This document shows, in pieces, positions 60,501 through 64,000 of a stretch of 64,000 nt of DNA; the first letter of the stretch is position 1; every line of letters starts with the position of its first letter. Source of the DNA: an uncultured Clostridia bacterium (GTDB lineage: Bacteria > Bacillota > Clostridia > Christensenellales > UBA1242); contig CALWMK010000003.1 of the NCBI GenBank assembly GCA_944381825.1, positions 1,987 to 65,986 of the forward strand, written 5' to 3'. A program made the position numbers and the translations under genes. The notes below the pieces were generated by a model. That model was not told where the DNA came from. It saw nothing but the letters and a program-made list of their open reading frames with translations, and did no database searches.

Positions 60501-61157
60501 AACAAACTTAAAAGAGAAATTTCTAAATTAGGCTATGTTAATGTTAATGCTATTGAAGATAGTAAAGTTGTTTTGGAAAGATATGAAGATATGTCTTCTC
60601 AAGCTGCTGACTTGACAAAAGCAGAAGAAGATTTAATTTTAATAATTAAAGACCTTTCCAAAGAAATGGAAACAAAATTTAGAACAGAATTTAATAAAAT
60701 TAATGAAAATTTTAAAATCACTTTTAGAGAACTTTTTGGTGGTGGAAGTGCTCATCTTGAACTTTTGGATGAGGACAATGTGCTCGAATCTGGTGTGGAA
60801 ATTGTAGCAGAACCACCTGGCAAAAGTTTAAAAAGCATTACCCTTCTATCTGGTGGAGAAAAAGCACTGACCGCCATTGCGATATTATTTGCAATATTAA
60901 AAATGAGAACCTTGCCATTTTGTTTGCTCGATGAAATTGAAGCAGCACTTGATGAAGCAAATGTAGAAAGGTTTGCACAATATTTAAGACGTTTCGGGAA
61001 GGGTACGCAATTTATTGTCATAACCCATAGAAAGCCAACGATGGAACTTGCTGATTCTTTGTATGGTGTGACAATGGAAGAAGAAGGTGTGTCAAGAATG
61101 GTTAGTGTTAAGCTTAGCGATGCATTAAAAAATTCAAGTGATGAACAGGCAGGTTAA
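57558..61157 (+). CDS. smc: Chromosome partition protein Smc
   Basis: GTG start after AGGAG. Walker A GPNGCGKSN, hinge region, signature LSGGEKALT, Walker B LLDEIEAALD. Confidence 0.95.
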   Translation: MYFKQIELAGFKSFADRLSIKFDGGITAIVGPNGCGKSNVADAIRWVLGEQSSKQLRGSSMQDVIFNGTKKRKSLSYCEATLTFNNTDRLFDYDYDELAITRKLYRSGESEYLINKNPCRLKDIINLFYDSGIGRDGYSIIGQGKVEEIISSKPETRRLIFEEAAGIAKFKSRKVEAERKLERTRENLTRLKDIIGELERQLGPLKKQAENAKKYLEFKSQLKDLEVNAYIFQYENASEIKQEINTKLAAITEELGLRESDYADINANYESNMSKINNIDKIISELHTKILDLTVGMEKQAGETKLLKERVNYLNEQNDKIQLDIVNSQQFIEKSEFQVSLQQDKLKSIDEEIEMLNKSSQELFSKFIFVNEQIELLEGESIERTRQVLDSIGKLTDLKSSSSKFQTEREMLITTKQELSEKIKDYTFQISKLKDNEVSAREFVQRANNQSDDYSKQQAKMQLNLASLNSQIKQQEQTRNNLYAKLQVYENRKRLLSEMQAEFEGYNHSVKKILKESEKNLEFKRKMVGVLANLIKVEPKFETAIEVALGNAVQNIVTYDEDNAKQLIAFLKQNNYGRATFLPITTMKPRRLNDYDLSSLKTKGCFGVASKLVYFDSKISNVIENLLGATVIVDTLDTAISLASNTRYSFKIVTLEGDVVNPQGSFTGGSKKNETANLISREREIETLAKEIVNIKEEFSKTEKEISNLVSESNGISKDLENIILLKGQAEIVSAKENEKLENLLLNLNSLVEEKLQSESKLNAINMKIEELENELVRAQELEKGTVIDKDDYDAKNKQKQEKLNALKAEREEYSNSLTAVKVKLASAQTEKQSIKDNLIRLHDEISSEQIILDSNKKQFEKNSYTINEANKLIEENVSKNVSAQTLEELENAKEKQKQLAIDKESMQDIIKQINEKRDVLIENINTLKEKKYAQEMQLAKVDTDIEAMQERIYEEYELTYESCLEFKRSDFDINLAMIDINKLKREISKLGYVNVNAIEDSKVVLERYEDMSSQAADLTKAEEDLILIIKDLSKEMETKFRTEFNKINENFKITFRELFGGGSAHLELLDEDNVLESGVEIVAEPPGKSLKSITLLSGGEKALTAIAILFAILKMRTLPFCLLDEIEAALDEANVERFAQYLRRFGKGTQFIVITHRKPTMELADSLYGVTMEEEGVSRMVSVKLSDALKNSSDEQAG

Positions 61158-61158
61158 T

Positions 61159-62055
61159 ATGGGATTATTTAAAAAAATTTCAAATGCTCTTAAAAAAACA
61201 AAAGAAGCAATTTCGCGAAAACTTGATTATATATTTTCTCATGGAGAAATAAATGATGAGTTTTTTGAAGAACTTTGCGACATTTTAGTTTCATGTGATA
61301 TTGGTTTTGAAACTTCTGAAGAAATTTGTGAAAGACTTAGAGTTTATGCAAGAAAAAACAAAATAAGAAAGGCTGAAGAAGTTAAGACAGCATTAAAGAA
61401 AATTTTAAAAGAAATTATAGACGAAGCAGAAAAAATTGAAATCAATTACCCATGTGTAATTACAATTGTAGGTGTCAATGGAGTTGGGAAAACTACAACT
61501 ATAGGAAAACTTGCACACTACTTTAAAACAAAGAAAAAAGATGTGACTTTGGTGGCTGGTGACACCTTTCGTGCCGCTGCAAGTAAGCAACTTACAGAAT
61601 GGGCAGAAAGAAATAAAGTGAAAATTGTAAAACATGCTGAAGGTGCAGATGCTGGCGCTGTTGTTTTTGACGGAATTGCAAGTGCAAAATCTAAAAATAC
61701 CGATGTGCTTATTATCGATACAGCTGGAAGATTGCATACTAAAATTGACTTGATGGGTGAGCTTTCTAAAATAAATAGAATAATAGAAAAGGAATATCCT
61801 CAAGCTAATAAATATGTTTTCCTTGTGATAGATGCAACCACTGGGCAAAATGCTCTTTCGCAGTTAGAAACTTTTAGTGAATATATAGATATTAGCGGAA
61901 TAATTTTAACAAAACTTGATGGAACAGCAAAGGGAGGTGTTGTTGTTCCTATTGCTCATGAACTTAAATTGCCAATATGTTTTATTGGTGTTGGAGAACA
62001 ACTTGAAGATTTAGAAGAATTTGATTCAGCTACCTTCGTAGAAAATTTATATTAA
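61159..62055 (+). CDS. ftsY: Signal recognition particle receptor FtsY
   Basis: GVNGVGKTTT, DTAGR and TKLDGTAKGG. ATG 61159 follows the smc stop. Confidence 0.95.
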   Translation: MGLFKKISNALKKTKEAISRKLDYIFSHGEINDEFFEELCDILVSCDIGFETSEEICERLRVYARKNKIRKAEEVKTALKKILKEIIDEAEKIEINYPCVITIVGVNGVGKTTTIGKLAHYFKTKKKDVTLVAGDTFRAAASKQLTEWAERNKVKIVKHAEGADAGAVVFDGIASAKSKNTDVLIIDTAGRLHTKIDLMGELSKINRIIEKEYPQANKYVFLVIDATTGQNALSQLETFSEYIDISGIILTKLDGTAKGGVVVPIAHELKLPICFIGVGEQLEDLEEFDSATFVENLY

Positions 62056-62078
62056 AATTTAAATTGAAAATAATTAAA

Positions 62079-63185
62079 ATGAAAATGATTTATTTAGACA
62101 ATGCAGCAACAACAAAAATAGATGAAAAAGCCTTAGATGTTTATAATTATTTTTCTAAGGTGGATTTTTTTAATCCATCAGCTGTATATGCCACAAAAAA
62201 CTCTATATGCTTAAAGGAGGCAAGACAAGCCATTTCGAAAAAATTAGGTTTTGAAGATTTGGATAACGTTATTTTTACAGCTTCGGCAACTGAGGCTAAC
62301 AATCTTGCATTTTCTTGTGCTTCTAATGATTTTGTCATCTCAAATGGAGAGCATCCTTCTGTTTATGATATGGCTATGCACATTAAAGAAACAAAAAGAG
62401 TTTCGTTTTGTCCACTTTCAAAAAATGGTGAAATAGATTATGAAGAATTAGAAAAAATATTAACACCTGATACCAAATTTATTTCTGTTATGCATGTTAG
62501 TAATGAAACTGGTGCGATAAATGATTTAGAAAAAATAAATTCAATTAGAAACAAAATTTGTCCACATGCACTTTTGCATGTAGATGGTGTTCAAGCATTT
62601 TGTAAAATTGATTTTAATATGAAAAAAAGTGGTGTGGATTTATACACTATTAGTGGTCATAAAATTGGTGCGCCAAAAGGAATAGGAGCTTTAATTTTTA
62701 AAAATAAAAATAAACTCAAACCAATTATTTTTGGAGGAGGACAGGAATTTAATTTGCGATCGGGGACTGAAAATTTGCCAGCAATTATGAGTTTGAAATA
62801 TGTTGTCGAAACAAGAAAACCTGACCCAAACTATATTAAATCATTAAAAAATGTTCTTTTAAATGAATTAACAGATAAAGATATAAAAATAAATTGTGAA
62901 GGCGGGTCACCATATATTTTAAGCTTGTCTTTTATTGGTGTAAGAGGAGAAACCTATGTAAGCATGTTGCATGACAGAGGTGTTTTAGTTTCAACTGGTT
63001 CTGCATGTTCTTCAAAGAAAAAAGGAAACAGAATTTTAACTAATATGGGATATAAAGAAGATAGAATAATTTCAAGTGTTAGGGTGAGTTTTTTTGAAAC
63101 AAATACTGTTGAAGAAGTTTCTCAAGCAGGGAAAATTATGTTGAATACTTATCATGAACTTAAGGAGAAAATGAATGTACAATAA
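62079..63185 (+). CDS. Cysteine desulfurase (NifS/NifZ-type, ThiI partner)
   Basis: IYLDNAATT, PLP-Lys SGHKIGAPKG, active-site GSACSS. Overlaps the thiI start. Confidence 0.85.
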   Translation: MKMIYLDNAATTKIDEKALDVYNYFSKVDFFNPSAVYATKNSICLKEARQAISKKLGFEDLDNVIFTASATEANNLAFSCASNDFVISNGEHPSVYDMAMHIKETKRVSFCPLSKNGEIDYEELEKILTPDTKFISVMHVSNETGAINDLEKINSIRNKICPHALLHVDGVQAFCKIDFNMKKSGVDLYTISGHKIGAPKGIGALIFKNKNKLKPIIFGGGQEFNLRSGTENLPAIMSLKYVVETRKPDPNYIKSLKNVLLNELTDKDIKINCEGGSPYILSLSFIGVRGETYVSMLHDRGVLVSTGSACSSKKKGNRILTNMGYKEDRIISSVRVSFFETNTVEEVSQAGKIMLNTYHELKEKMNVQ

Positions 63186-64000
63186 AACTATAATTTTACG
63201 ATATGGTGAAATTTATTTAAAGGGAAAAAATCAAAAGCTTTTTAAAAAAACATTGACTAATAATATCAAAAAATGCTTAAAAGATTATGATTGTAGTCTT
63301 GAAATACTTTGGAGTAGATATATTTTAAAATGCAATGATAAGGATTTAGATGAAATAATAGAAAAATTAAAGTTTGTTTTTGGTTTAGTTTCTTTAAGTG
63401 TTGCTGTTGAAGTAGATGCAAAAAGAACAACAATTGAAAATTATTTTTCTAAAATAAAAACAAATGCAAAAACTTTTCGTGTTACAGTAATAAGAGCAGA
63501 CAAATCTTTTCCTATTAAATCTATTGAATTTGAAAAAATTTTAGGTGGATATGTTCTTGAAAACAACCCTAATTTAAAGGTAAAACTTAAAAATCCAGAA
63601 CAAGAAATAAGGGTCGAAATAAGAGATAATTTTAAGGCATATATTTATGATAGTGAGGTGACTCTTGCTGGAGGACTTCCATTAGGTACATCTGGAAGGG
63701 GATTGCTTTTGTTATCAGGAGGAATAGATAGTCCTGTTGCTGGATATTTAACAGCAAAACGCGGAATGTATTTTCAAGCTTTACATTTTCATTCATATCC
63801 TTATACTTCTGAACAGGCGAAACAGAAAGTTATAACTTTAGCAAAAAAAATTAATAAATTTTGTCCAAGCCTAAAAGTTAATTTTGTCAGCATTACTAAA
63901 ATACAAGAAGAAATTCACAAGAACTGCTCTCCAGAGTATATGATTACTTTAATGCGAAGATTTATGTTTAGAATAGCTGAAATAATAGCAAAAAGAAAAC
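63175..64000 (+). CDS. thiI: tRNA 4-thiouridine synthase ThiI (3' end outside window; absent from ORF track)
   Basis: ATG 63175 lies 8 nt after AAGGAG. MYNKTIILRYGEIYLKGKNQKLF.., THUMP region, PP-loop LLLSGGIDSPVAG. The frame is open to the window end. Confidence 0.85.
   Translation, partial: MYNKTIILRYGEIYLKGKNQKLFKKTLTNNIKKCLKDYDCSLEILWSRYILKCNDKDLDEIIEKLKFVFGLVSLSVAVEVDAKRTTIENYFSKIKTNAKTFRVTVIRADKSFPIKSIEFEKILGGYVLENNPNLKVKLKNPEQEIRVEIRDNFKAYIYDSEVTLAGGLPLGTSGRGLLLLSGGIDSPVAGYLTAKRGMYFQALHFHSYPYTSEQAKQKVITLAKKINKFCPSLKVNFVSITKIQEEIHKNCSPEYMITLMRRFMFRIAEIIAKRK

Overview
AT-rich chromosomal segment of a low-GC, endospore-forming Firmicute. It uses standard code 11 (TGA is used as a stop) and carries spoIVB, pro-sigK, a spoIVFB-like gene, a spoIIM-like gene and ftsW/spoVE. 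Most of the window is dense housekeeping DNA: pcrA-ligA, infC-rpmI-rplT, trxB, valS, murE-mraY-murD-ftsW, argR-recN-spoIVB, lepA-hemW, miaB-mutS-mutL-miaA, serS, smc-ftsY and nifS-thiI. No rRNA, tRNA, CRISPR array or transposase was seen. The main finding is a coding-free, G+C-enriched, heavily base-paired locus of about 0.6 kb at about 28079-28706. It has its own extended -10 promoter and an intrinsic terminator. A basic 4-TM protein gene follows it, then argR-recN. By size, structure and synteny I call it an OLE-class (ornate, large, extremophilic) RNA with its OapA partner. This needs a covariance-model search to confirm. Secondary observations: (1) a 68-nt direct repeat of the 5' half of the infC/L20 leader brackets a frameshifted SIMPL-domain gene; (2) infC has an ATT start behind an attenuator; (3) a 1073-aa membrane-anchored protein carries four tandem CBM-like modules and a cytoplasmic coiled-coil tail; (4) a TauE/SafE transporter is split into two half-size genes; (5) a 55-aa ferredoxin is missing from the ORF track; (6) MiaB lacks its TRAM domain; (7) pro-sigK sits next to its putative processing protease; (8) a small accessory cluster at 54.3-57.4 kb holds a 3-TM protein, a small coupled protein and a DUF4132-like protein, and a degenerate nucleotidyltransferase-fold protein lies nearby. 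All family assignments come from motif recognition by eye. No database search was run.
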